Shown here piece after piece: positions 31,246 through 40,905 of a stretch of 64,000 nt of DNA. Under the pieces are notes generated by a model. That model saw only the letters and a program-made list of their open reading frames with translations, was not told where the DNA came from and did no database searches. Source of the DNA: an uncultured Verrucomicrobiae bacterium (GTDB lineage: Bacteria; Verrucomicrobiota; Verrucomicrobiia; Limisphaerales; Palsa-1400); assembly GCA_963707025.1 (NCBI GenBank), contig CAVPOM010000015.1, positions 160,001-224,000 on the forward strand, given 5' to 3'. A program made the translations under genes and the position numbers. Numbering within the stretch: the first letter of the stretch is position 1; every line of letters starts with the position of its first letter.

Positions 31246-32580
31246 TCAGGCGCCGGTTGGTTTGGGCGGTGGATAGGCAGGCGCGGGGTTGGTTGCGCCG
31301 CCGTTCCCGCCCCGGCGGCCGCCGCCCGGAGCGCGCGGCGAACCAGCCGGTTCATTGGTGTCCTCCAACCTGACTTTGGAACCGTTTTCCAAACGGTATT
31401 GTCCGTCCGCAACCACCTTTTGTCCTTCGCTCAATCCCTTGGAAACCAGGGCCAGGTCGCCTTGCATTTGCGCCACCGTCACCGGCGTCAATTTCGCCAC
31501 CAGGTTGGAGCCTTCCCCTTCGATGGTGAAGACATACTCGCCGTCCGGGCCGCGCTGGATGACGCTTTCCGCAACGACCAGGCTGTTGATTTTGTCCACC
31601 AACAAGCGCGGATTGACGAATTGGCCGGGCCACAGGCTCAGGTTGTGGTTGGGAAAGGTGGCCTTGAGCTTGATGCTGCCGGTGGTGGTATCAATTTGAT
31701 TGTCAATGACGGCCAGTGTTCCCGTGTCCAGGACGGTTTTGTTGTCGCGATCCAGGGCCAGGACCGGGACAGGGCCTTGGGCCATTTTGCGCGCGATGAC
31801 CCCAACGTCTTGCTCCGGGAGGATGAAGGTGACGAAGATGGGACGCAACTGGGTGATGACGACGATGCCGTTGGTGTCGTTGGCGTGAACGATGTTGCCC
31901 TGGTCAACCAGGCGTATCCCGCATCGGCCCTCCAGCGGGGCGTAGATCGTCGTGTAATCCAACTGCACCTGGCAGCTCTCAATGCCCGCCTGGTCGTTGG
32001 TCACCATCGCCTCAAGTTGGCGCACCAGGTTGCTTTGCGTGTCCAAGGCCTGTGCGGTCACGATGTTCGTCAGGTCCAGATCGCGCCGCAAATCCAGTCT
32101 GGCATTATCCAGCAGGGCCACGTCCTGCAACTTCTTGGCCTTGGCCTGGTCCAAAGCCGCCTGGAACGGGCCGGGATCAATCTGCGCCAGCAAGTCGTTG
32201 GTGCGGACATCCTGCCCTTCCGTGAAGGCGACCTTGATCAACTGGCCGTCCACGCGCGGTTTGACCGTGACCGTGTTGAAAGCCTGGACGGTGCCCAAGC
32301 CGTCGAAATAAATGGAAACCTCCTTCTGCATCACCGTCCCCGGAGTAATCGGAACGGCGGGATCCACTCGTTTGGCCGCGGCGGCGGCGATGGCCTTGGT
32401 TTGCTTGGCCCTCCAGACGATGAAGCCGATGCCCCCAACCACAAACAAGAGAATGATGATCCACATGAATCCTCCCGCCTGGCCGGAAGCCGGCGGGGAG
32501 GGCTGGTTGGCGCCGGAAAGTTTTGCGGAGGGTGAAGTTGCCGGATTTTGCGTTCCAGGCGGTGTGTCAGTTTGCTGCAT
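31246..32580 (-). CDS. mdtA: RND efflux periplasmic adaptor, MdtA-like
   Basis: N-terminal TM; GLGTVQAFNTVTVKPRVDG; DNQIDTTTGSIKLKATF; LWPGQFVN. Confidence 0.9.
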   Translation of the reverse strand: MQQTDTPPGTQNPATSPSAKLSGANQPSPPASGQAGGFMWIIILLFVVGGIGFIVWRAKQTKAIAAAAAKRVDPAVPITPGTVMQKEVSIYFDGLGTVQAFNTVTVKPRVDGQLIKVAFTEGQDVRTNDLLAQIDPGPFQAALDQAKAKKLQDVALLDNARLDLRRDLDLTNIVTAQALDTQSNLVRQLEAMVTNDQAGIESCQVQLDYTTIYAPLEGRCGIRLVDQGNIVHANDTNGIVVITQLRPIFVTFILPEQDVGVIARKMAQGPVPVLALDRDNKTVLDTGTLAVIDNQIDTTTGSIKLKATFPNHNLSLWPGQFVNPRLLVDKINSLVVAESVIQRGPDGEYVFTIEGEGSNLVAKLTPVTVAQMQGDLALVSKGLSEGQKVVADGQYRLENGSKVRLEDTNEPAGSPRAPGGGRRGGNGGATNPAPAYPPPKPTGA

Positions 32581-32744
32581 AGTGGAGAATTCTCAATAGC
32601 CCATAAGCCGGGCCAAGGCATTGAATTTCATGGCCTTCGAACCGGCGGTTTTGGCAATTTCCAACTCATTGTTTGTGGTGCTTAGACCGACCAGCACGGT
32701 TCCAGATTCACCAAAAGTGAGGGATTTGATGCACGGGCAGCCCG

Positions 32745-33542
32745 TCATGGTGAGTGCCCCAGACCGGGTTCATGCCAGTTGGCGGGCTTGGGTTGGGTGC
32801 CTTCGACGGACGGACCGCTTCGGAACGTGGATTCCCGGATGATCAACTCACTGATCAACGCCGAGGCGCTGGCATACCGGGTAAAACCGCCCGGCGGGAC
32901 AAACAGTTCCGGGGCCGGCAAATCCAAGCGGATGCCCGAGAAATCCACCGTGATCAACCGGCCCCCGCTCTCCGTGCGCAGGCGCACGGGAAACCGGTTC
33001 AAATCGTCGGCCCGCCATTCGGTCAATTTGGCGGTCGAACCGTCGCTCAATGCCACCCTCTCTTCGATGCGATGACAGGGATGGCCGTTGACCTGCTCGG
33101 GAACCGGCTCTTTGTTCTCCGGCGCCACGTTAGTGATCTCGGAAGCAGCGGAAATGGGCGCGAACCCCTGCAGCGCCTCGCTCACCACATAGCCGTGCTG
33201 GGCAACGCCGTCCCAAATAAAAAACATCCCGCCCCGCACGATTTTGCCCTTCTTCACCTTGGCGGTGCTGAGCGGTTGGAAGATCAGCCGGCCCTGCCGC
33301 TCGATCAATTGGCCGGCCGCCTCGGGCGCGCCTGGGGCGGACGGGGTGGTGGCGACGACATCGGCGCTGAAACCGTCGAAACCGGCCAGGGCAGTCGAAG
33401 CCGGGCCGGTGAGGAAGTCCGGCGGCGCTTCGTCGCCCATGTGAGCCAGGGCGGCCTCCTTGCGTTGCTCGCTGGCGCATCCCGCGAGCAACGCGGCCGC
33501 CAAAGCGATCCCCAAAGCCCCTGTGCCAGGCAAATTTCTCAT
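32745..33542 (-). CDS. Putative lipoprotein (DUF4412/LolA-like beta-rich domain)
   Basis: MRNLPG...LLAGC lipobox; EQVNGHPCHR and PELFVPPGGF segments resemble DUF4412-like proteins (recognised by eye). Confidence 0.65.
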   Translation of the reverse strand: MRNLPGTGALGIALAAALLAGCASEQRKEAALAHMGDEAPPDFLTGPASTALAGFDGFSADVVATTPSAPGAPEAAGQLIERQGRLIFQPLSTAKVKKGKIVRGGMFFIWDGVAQHGYVVSEALQGFAPISAASEITNVAPENKEPVPEQVNGHPCHRIEERVALSDGSTAKLTEWRADDLNRFPVRLRTESGGRLITVDFSGIRLDLPAPELFVPPGGFTRYASASALISELIIRESTFRSGPSVEGTQPKPANWHEPGLGHSP

Positions 33543-33698
33543 TGCAACACCCCAATTTGACCGGAAACCACAAATGTCGCAAGGAGCATTGTGGGTCCCA
33601 TCCCCGATTCCCCACCTCGGCCTCATGAAGCCAAACCTCCCGCGAGTTGTGTCCGTCCAGTTCAGCAAATGGTTCATCGTGGCCTGCCGGGTAAAACG

Positions 33699-33747
33699 CG
33701 GCGGCGCAGGCTGCCAGCCGCCAGCTCGCTGGGCGTCCCGCCCGGTG
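33699..33747. repeat. REP-like double-hairpin element
   Basis: gcaggctgccagccgc and ctgggcgtcccgcccgg hairpins in the divergent intergenic region before argA. Confidence 0.45.
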
Positions 33748-33893
33748 TGCGCGGCTCTGCCCTCGTGCTTCCCTTTAACATTCCTTGCCCGCCATCGGCT
33801 TTTGGCGGCGGCGGGCGCATTTTGCATTTTGCATTTCCCCCGTCCCCTGATAACAATGCCCAATCCGAAAACCGGAATCTTGACATCTGACTT

Positions 33894-35177
33894 GTGAAAC
33901 TGACCGATCTGCGGGAAATCCTGCAATACATACCGCGCTTCCGCGAAAAGATTTTCGTCATCAGCATTGATGGGGCGATCGTGACCAGCGAGAATTTTGC
34001 CAATATCCTCCTGGATGTGGCGGTGTTGCGCTCGCTCAATATCCGCGTGGCGCTGGTCCACGGGGCGGCGGCGCAGATCAGCGCCCTGGCGGGCGAGCAA
34101 AAAATCCAGCCGTCCAATCTCGACGGCACCGGGGTCACCGACGCCGCCACGCTCAAGCTGGCCCTGACCGCGGCCAACCGCCTGACGCATGAAATCCTGG
34201 AGGGCTTGAGCGCCAATGACCTGCGCGCCGCCTCTTGCAACGCCCTCATCGCCCATCCCCTGGGCATCCTTCACGGCGTGGACCATTTGTTCACGGGCAA
34301 GGTGGAGCGGGTGGACGTGGAGATGTTGCAAGGGTTGCTCGCCCAGGGGATCGTCCCGGTCATGCCGCCCCTGGGTTTTGACGGCGACGGCAGGACTTTC
34401 CGCGTCAATTCGGATTCGGTGGCGCTGGAACTGGCCAAGGCCTTGAACGCCGCCAAGCTCATTTACATGGCCACCCAGGACGGGCTGATCTGTCAGGGCC
34501 GGTTGATCCGCCAAATGCTGGTGGCGGACCTGGACGCGCTGCTGGCCCAGCACAAAAATAATTTCGCGCCGGAAATTCTTTCCAAGGCGCAGCACGCCTC
34601 CGCCGCCTGCCGCGCCGGCGTGCCCCGCGTCCACGTCCTCAACGGCCGGGTGGATGAGGCCCTGCTGGCGGAGGTCTTTTCCAACGAGGGCATCGGCACC
34701 CTCATTTACGCCAATGAATACCAGCAGATCCGCCGCGCCATGAAGAAGGACGTCCGCGCCATCCTGTTGTTGACCAAGGACTCGGTGGAGACCGAGGAAC
34801 TGGTCCGGCGCAGCCGCGCCACCATCGAAAAATCCCTCGCCGATTTTTATATCTTTGAGACGGACAAGAATCCGGTGGCGTGCGTGGCCCTGCATCAATT
34901 GGACCAGACCAGAGCGGAGCTGGCCTGCCTCTACGTCAGTCCGTTGCATGAGAACCAGGGCATTGGCCAGAAACTCATTCAATTTGTCGAGAACAAGGCG
35001 CGCGATCTGGGCATGACCGAGTTGCTCGTGCTTTCCACCCAGGCCTTCACCTATTTTCAGTCCAAGGGCGGGTTCGCTGAAGGGTCGCCGGAGGATTTGC
35101 CGCCCCCGCGACGGGAAAAGTACGAGCAGAGCGGCCGAAACTCCAAGGTGCTGGTAAAAAAACTCGCGCCCAAATGA
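33894..35177 (+). CDS. argA: Amino-acid N-acetyltransferase (N-acetylglutamate synthase; AAK + GNAT domains)
   Basis: QYIPRFREKIFVISIDG, LVHGA, GVPRVHVLNG, ELACLYV...NQGIG. Confidence 0.92.
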   Translation: MKLTDLREILQYIPRFREKIFVISIDGAIVTSENFANILLDVAVLRSLNIRVALVHGAAAQISALAGEQKIQPSNLDGTGVTDAATLKLALTAANRLTHEILEGLSANDLRAASCNALIAHPLGILHGVDHLFTGKVERVDVEMLQGLLAQGIVPVMPPLGFDGDGRTFRVNSDSVALELAKALNAAKLIYMATQDGLICQGRLIRQMLVADLDALLAQHKNNFAPEILSKAQHASAACRAGVPRVHVLNGRVDEALLAEVFSNEGIGTLIYANEYQQIRRAMKKDVRAILLLTKDSVETEELVRRSRATIEKSLADFYIFETDKNPVACVALHQLDQTRAELACLYVSPLHENQGIGQKLIQFVENKARDLGMTELLVLSTQAFTYFQSKGGFAEGSPEDLPPPRREKYEQSGRNSKVLVKKLAPK

Positions 35178-36508
35178 GCGTCCGCGTCCGATTCGCCCCC
35201 AGTCCCACCGGCTTTCTCCACATCGGCGGCGCGCGCACGGCCTTGTTCAACTGGCTTTATGCGCGGCACACCGGCGGCACCTTTATCCTGCGCATCGAGG
35301 ACACCGACGTGGCCCGCAATACGCAGGAGGCGACGGAGGTCATTCTGAGCGGCTTGCGCTGGCTGGGTTTGAATTGGGACGAAGGGCCGGTGAGCGGCGA
35401 TCCGTCCGGCGCGAGCCTGGGGGACTGCGGCCCCTACTTCCAATCGCAACGCGGCGGGATTTACCTCCGGCGCGTCCAGGAACTCAAGGACAAGGGCCTG
35501 GCTTATGATTCCGAAGGCGCCGTCAAATTCAAAATGCCCCGCCAGCCGGTCTTGATTCCTGACCTGGTCGTGGGAAATGTCCTGCGCGAGCTGACGGACC
35601 GCGAGGCGGCCGACCCGGATTTTGTCATCGTGCGTTCCGACGGCCAGCCGGTTTTTCATCTGGTCAACGTGGTGGACGATCTGGAAATGAAGATCACCCA
35701 CGTCATTCGCGGCGAGGATCATCTCTCCAACACAGCCAAGCATATCGCGCTCTTCCGCGCCTTCGGCGTGGCGCCGCCGCATTATGCGCACATTCCGCTC
35801 ATTCTGAATCCGGACGGCGCCAAGATGAGCAAGCGCGACGCGGGCGCGTCGCTGCGGTCTTATATGGAAGAGGGCAGCGTGCCGGAAGCCGTGGTCAATT
35901 ACTTGTGTCTCCTCGGCTGGTCGCCCAAGGCAAACCGGGAAAAAATGCCGGTGGAGGAAACGATCCGCCTTTTCGACCTGCCGCAAATTCTCCGGCACAA
36001 CGCCCGTTTCGACCTCAACAAACTGCGCTGGCTGGACGCCGAATACATCCGCGAGATGGGCGAAGACCGGTTCAGGGAATTGGGCATCGCCGCGCTGGCC
36101 CGGGCGGGCCTTCCTGTCAACACTTATTCTGTGGATTACGCGCGCGCCGCCCTCGCCACCTGCCGGGGTAAAATCAAGCGCTTCGGCGACCTGCCCGCAT
36201 ACGCCGGTTTTTATTTCAAAGAAGAAGTGCAGATGGATCCCGTGCCGGCGGAAAAGGAATTCACGCCTGAGAACAAGGAGCGGTTGCGGAAGTTTAGCGC
36301 CGCGCTATCGCAGTTGCCGGAGTTCAACGCCGCCACCATCGAGCAAACCCTCAAGGCCGTGGCGGCGGAACTGGGCGTGAAAGCCGGCGTGCTGGTGCAT
36401 CCCGTGCGCCTGGCCTGCACCGGCGCCGCCGCCGGTCCGAGCCTCTATCATCTCATGGAAGTCCTCGGCAAGGAACGCGTCCTCAAACGCCTCGCGCCTT
36501 ATGTCTGA
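35174..36508 (+). CDS. gltX: Glutamate--tRNA ligase
   Basis: RFAPSPTGFLHIGG, LRIEDTD, RGEDHLSN, KMSKR; C-terminal anticodon-binding domain present. Confidence 0.95.
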   Translation: MSVRVRFAPSPTGFLHIGGARTALFNWLYARHTGGTFILRIEDTDVARNTQEATEVILSGLRWLGLNWDEGPVSGDPSGASLGDCGPYFQSQRGGIYLRRVQELKDKGLAYDSEGAVKFKMPRQPVLIPDLVVGNVLRELTDREAADPDFVIVRSDGQPVFHLVNVVDDLEMKITHVIRGEDHLSNTAKHIALFRAFGVAPPHYAHIPLILNPDGAKMSKRDAGASLRSYMEEGSVPEAVVNYLCLLGWSPKANREKMPVEETIRLFDLPQILRHNARFDLNKLRWLDAEYIREMGEDRFRELGIAALARAGLPVNTYSVDYARAALATCRGKIKRFGDLPAYAGFYFKEEVQMDPVPAEKEFTPENKERLRKFSAALSQLPEFNAATIEQTLKAVAAELGVKAGVLVHPVRLACTGAAAGPSLYHLMEVLGKERVLKRLAPYV

Positions 36509-36786
36509 CACCTCTGTCAAACATACGAAAGAATCACGATTTCCGCCTTTGTGCCCTCCTCGGATGTTCGTAAACCTCCGAGGTTTTTTCGAACTCAGTA
36601 ATGCTGGTCACGGTTGCCAGTGGAACGAGGATGCGCCGTCCACGAACCGTCTTCCCAGAATCATTGCCGTGGCGACCCTCGATGAACAGCACCCCCTCGT
36701 AGCGATGCAAACTCGGATCTTCAACGACGGCAAATCCCTCGGTGACGCCATCAACTCCGCCGAAGGTCACGAGCGCAACGGGCTTA

Positions 36787-37790
36787 GAGCGTTTCCATAA
36801 ATGATATAGCTTGACTGGGGCGAGAGGGCTGGCAGGCTTGAGCCATGCGAGCGATACCCGTGTCTGCGCGCGAGCGCATCCTGCAACTCTATGAACAAGG
36901 CAAAAGCACCCGCGAGATCGCGGACTTTTTCGGCTTTTGCGTGGCGGCGGTGCGCCGGGTCCGGCAGCAGTTCCAAGAGCGCGGCACGCTCCAGCCGCAA
37001 ACCCATTTGTGCGGGCGCAAAACGCTGCTGAACGCCGGACGCCAGGCTCGCCTGCAAAAGCTGGTGGCGGCCCAGCCCGACGCGACGTTGGCCGAGTTGG
37101 GGGCGCGTCTGGACCGCCCTTTCGGGACCTCCACTGTGGATTTGTGGCTGCGCAAACTGGGGTTGAGCTATAAAAAAAACGCTCTGCGCCGCCGAGCAGA
37201 ACCGTCCGGACGTGGCCGAAAAGCGGGCCCATTGGCATGAGCGTCTGGCAAGTGACCCACCTGCCCGACTGGTCTTCGTGGATGAAAGCGGGGCCAACAC
37301 CAAGATGACCCGTTTTTGCGGGCGGTCACCCGTGGGCCGAAGACTGGCGGCCCACGTCCCGCAGGGACATTATCAGACCACCACCCTGGTCTGCGCCATT
37401 CGTCTGGCCGGGCCTGCGGCCCCCTGCCTCTTTGAGGGGGCCATGGACGGGGAAATGTTTTTGGCCTGGATCCAGCAGGGGCTGGTGGTGGAGTTGCGCA
37501 AGGGTGACTTGGTCATCATGGACAACTTGGCCACGCATAAGGTGACCGGAGTCCGCCAAGCCATCGAAGAGGCCGGGGCAACGCTGCTGTATCTGCCGCC
37601 CTATTCGCCAGACTTTAATCCCATCGAAAATATGTGGAGCAAGGTCAAACAAATTATGCGAGGTCTCGCGCCGCGAACCGCCAAGGAACTGCTCCAAGCG
37701 GCGAAGATTGCCTTTGAAGCCATCTCCACCGCCGATTGCCGGGGCTTCTTTTTAAACGCCCGCTACGCTACATGATTTATGGAAATGCTC
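36787..37790 (+). mobile_element. Complete IS630-family insertion sequence (1004 bp)
   Basis: 24-bp terminal inverted repeats gagcgtttccataaatgatatagc / gagcatttccataaatcatgtagc (reverse complement); TA duplication at 36785-36786 and 37791-37792. Confidence 0.95.
36845..37775 (+). CDS. IS630 transposase in two frames joined at an A8 run (37172-37179)
   Basis: HTH-type OrfA ending LSYKK; OrfB KTLCAAEQNRPDV..., FVDESG, MDNLATH, LPPYSPDFNPIENMWSK (DDE). Confidence 0.92.
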
Positions 37791-37861
37791 TAGTGAAGAG
37801 CTTTGGTTTCATTTTCTTGGCAACAAAGACTCACATAATGTGGTCATATTTCTGACAAGAT

Positions 37862-40723
37862 TTACGGCGCGGCGGCGAGTTGGCGGAGGACGAAGGGCAG
37901 AATGCCGCCGTGCTGGTAGTAGTCTATTTCTATCGGCGTATCTATGCGGCAGCGGACGGTCACATTCTCCGTCGCACCGGTGGCGCGGGTGATGCGGAGG
38001 GTCAGGTCTTGCTGGGGCTTGAGGTTGTTCGTCAGGCCGAGGACATCATAGGTTTCCGTGCCGTCCAATTTGAGGGTTTGGGCGGAAACATTTTCCCGGA
38101 ATTGCAGGGGCAGGATGCCCATGCCGACGAGGTTGGAACGGTGGATGCGCTCGAAACTTTGCGCGACGACCACTTTGACGCCCAGCAAGCGCGTCCCCTT
38201 GGCGGCCCAGTCGCGCGAACTGCCGGTGCCGTATTCCAGGCCGGCCAGGACAATGAGCGGCGTGTTTTTTTCGGCGTATTTGACGGCGGCGTCGAAGATG
38301 CTCATCGGTTCGCCGCCGGGCTGGAATCGCGTCACGCCGCCTTCCACTCCAGGCGTCATCAGGTTCTTGATGCGGACGTTGGCGAAGGTGCCGCGCGTCA
38401 TCACCCGGTCGTTGCCGCGGCGGGAACCGTAGCTGTTGAAATCCACAAAGTTCACCCCGTGCTCGATGAGATACTTGCCCGCCGGCGAAGTTTTTTTGAT
38501 GCTGCCGGCCGGCGAGATGTGATCGGTGGTGACGCTGTCGCCAAAAATGCCCAGGGGCCGCGCCCCTTTGATTTCAGCAATAACGCCCGGTTGCAGGCTG
38601 AAGTTCTCGAGGAAGGGCGGTTCCTGGATGTAAGTGCTTTGCGGGTCCCACTGATAGACCTGGCCGAGGCTGGCGGGGATTTCGTTCCACTTGGGATTTA
38701 GCGCGGCGAAATCCCGGTATAATTGACGGAACACTTCGGGCTTGAGGGCGGATTGCATGGCCTGGCGGATTTCGTGGGAAGTGGGCCAGATGTCCTTCAA
38801 ATAAACCGGCCGCCCTGCCAGGCCCGCGCCCAGCGGCTCGGTTGTCAAATCTATTGTCACCCGCCCGGCCAGGGCAAAGGCCACCACCAGCGGCGGGGAC
38901 ATGAGGAAATTGGCCTTGATGTTCTGATGGATGCGCGCCTCAAAGTTGCGGTTGCCGGAAAGGACGGCCGCGGCGATGACGTCGTTTTTGACCACCGCCT
39001 CCTCCACCGGCGCGGCCAGCGGGCCGGAATTGCCGATGCAAGTGGTGCAACCGTAACCGACCAGGTTGAAGCCGAGCCGATCCAGATAAGGTTGCAGGCC
39101 GGTCTTGGTCAAATAATCGGTCACGACGCGCGAACCGGGCGCAAGCGAGGCCTTGAGCAGCGGATGAGGCCTAAGCCCCTTTTCCACGGCTCTTTTGGCG
39201 AGCAAACCGGCGGCGAGCATGACGGAGGGATTGCTGGTATTGGTGCAACTGGTGATGGCGGCGATCAAAACGTCGCCGTGGCGCACCTGGCTGCCGCCGC
39301 CGGACGAGCCAACCGGGGCGGGCGCGACCGGGCCGGGGGTTGGCCGGTTGTTGGTCATTTCCAACTCGGTGAAAGCGTTGGTGTTTTGTTGCACGGAGCG
39401 CTGGGGCACGACCGGGTCCTGGCTGCCGCCGCCGGGCGCAGCAGGGCCATCGGCCAGCACCGGAAAGGCGCGCGGCAAATCGCCGGCCGCCTTGCCGAAG
39501 CCGTTTTCGGCGGCGGGCTTGGAAAAGGTCTTGGTGAATTCCTCCTTCAGCGCGGCCAATTCGATTTTGTCCTGCGGCCGTTTTGGTCCGGCCACACTCG
39601 GGCGCACGCCGGCCAGGTCCAGTTCCAGGTGAGTGGAGTAGGTGATGTCCCCCTTTTTGGGAATTCCGAAGAGGCCCTGCGCGCGGAAATAATTTTCGTA
39701 AAGGCGGCAATGTTCCTCACTGCGCCCGGTTTGGCGCAGGTAATCAACACACTCGGAGTCAATGGGAAAAAAGCCCATGGTCGCGCCGTATTCGGGGGCC
39801 ATGTTGGCAATGGTGGCGCGGTCCACCACCGGCAGGGCCGCCGCGCCGGGGCCGTAAAACTCCACGAATTTGCCCACTACTTTGGCCTGGCGCAGCATGG
39901 CGGTGACGGTAAGGGCCAGATCGGTGGCGGTGACGCCTTCGCCCAGCGCGCCGGTCAGATGGACGCCCACCACGTCGGGCGTCAGAAAATAAACGGGCTG
40001 GCCCAACATGCCGGCTTCCGCCTCGATGCCGCCCACCCCCCAGCCGACGATGCCCAAGCCGTTGATCATGGTGGTATGGGAATCGGTGCCGACGAGCGTG
40101 TCGGGATAATAAACGGGCGGCGCCTCCGGGGTGGCCAGGACGCCTTTGGCCAGATATTCCAAGTTGACCTGGTGAACGATGCCGATGCCGGGCGGGACCA
40201 CTTTGAAAGTGTCGAACGCTTGCATGCCCCATTTGAGGAATTGGTAGCGTTCGCCGTTGCGCTGGAATTCCATGTCCAGGTTGCGCGACAGGGCCTGGGC
40301 GGTGCCGGCGAAATCCACCTGCACGGAGTGGTCCACCACCAGGTCCACCGGAACGAGCGGCTCGATGATTTTGGGATTTTTTCCCAAACGCACCACGGCG
40401 GAGCGCATGGCCGCCAAGTCCACCAAGAGCGGCACGCCGGTGAAATCCTGCAGGACAATGCGGGCGACGATGAAGGGAATCTCCTGGGTGCGCGGCCCGT
40501 TGGGCTGCCATTGCGCCAGTTGGCGGATATTGGTTTCCGTGACCTTTTTGCCATCGCAATTGCGCAGGACTGATTCGAGGACCAGGCGGATGGAGACGGG
40601 CAGTTTGGAAACCGGCCCGAGGCCGGCTTTCTCGAGGGCGGGAAGGGAGTAAAAGGCGGCGGATTGGCCGTGGCCGGCGTCGAATTGTTGGAGCGAATCG
40701 AAAAGGTTATGTCTTTTGTTCAT
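37862..40723 (-). CDS. acnA: Aconitate hydratase A
   Basis: [59 protein letters not shown]. Confidence 0.97.
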   Translation of the reverse strand: MNKRHNLFDSLQQFDAGHGQSAAFYSLPALEKAGLGPVSKLPVSIRLVLESVLRNCDGKKVTETNIRQLAQWQPNGPRTQEIPFIVARIVLQDFTGVPLLVDLAAMRSAVVRLGKNPKIIEPLVPVDLVVDHSVQVDFAGTAQALSRNLDMEFQRNGERYQFLKWGMQAFDTFKVVPPGIGIVHQVNLEYLAKGVLATPEAPPVYYPDTLVGTDSHTTMINGLGIVGWGVGGIEAEAGMLGQPVYFLTPDVVGVHLTGALGEGVTATDLALTVTAMLRQAKVVGKFVEFYGPGAAALPVVDRATIANMAPEYGATMGFFPIDSECVDYLRQTGRSEEHCRLYENYFRAQGLFGIPKKGDITYSTHLELDLAGVRPSVAGPKRPQDKIELAALKEEFTKTFSKPAAENGFGKAAGDLPRAFPVLADGPAAPGGGSQDPVVPQRSVQQNTNAFTELEMTNNRPTPGPVAPAPVGSSGGGSQVRHGDVLIAAITSCTNTSNPSVMLAAGLLAKRAVEKGLRPHPLLKASLAPGSRVVTDYLTKTGLQPYLDRLGFNLVGYGCTTCIGNSGPLAAPVEEAVVKNDVIAAAVLSGNRNFEARIHQNIKANFLMSPPLVVAFALAGRVTIDLTTEPLGAGLAGRPVYLKDIWPTSHEIRQAMQSALKPEVFRQLYRDFAALNPKWNEIPASLGQVYQWDPQSTYIQEPPFLENFSLQPGVIAEIKGARPLGIFGDSVTTDHISPAGSIKKTSPAGKYLIEHGVNFVDFNSYGSRRGNDRVMTRGTFANVRIKNLMTPGVEGGVTRFQPGGEPMSIFDAAVKYAEKNTPLIVLAGLEYGTGSSRDWAAKGTRLLGVKVVVAQSFERIHRSNLVGMGILPLQFRENVSAQTLKLDGTETYDVLGLTNNLKPQQDLTLRITRATGATENVTVRCRIDTPIEIDYYQHGGILPFVLRQLAAAP

Positions 40724-40762
40724 GGCGTTCGTGGTCCGGCCGTGGTCTTGGGCGGACGTTAG

Positions 40763-40791
40763 AAAATGGCGTTTGGCCGGGGCGGTGTCAA
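40763..40791 (-). promoter_or_regulatory. Putative sigma70 promoter of acnA
   Basis: Minus strand TTGACA-N17-CATTTT. Confidence 0.5.
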
Positions 40792-40905
40792 TCTCCGTTC
40801 GGCCGCAGCGCGCATCTTGAAAGCGCCACCCAAAAGTCAAACGCCGCCACCCGCAAAAGATTGCGGTTCCGCTGGTCTGGTGTAGGTTGGTCCAACATCA
40901 GCGAC

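Larger units (their letters stand above)
36534..37812 (-). pseudogene. 90-aa small hypothetical gene interrupted by IS630
   Basis: Removing 36787-37792 rejoins ATG AAA CCA AAG CTC TTC ACT A|AG CCC GTT in frame: MKPKLFTKPVALVTFGG...RRKS*. Confidence 0.8.

Noticed and set aside
39290..39480. Intein or mobile insertion in acnA (Pro/Gly-rich extra segment)
   Set aside because: No intein terminal residues; it lies in the length-variable linker region of AcnA.
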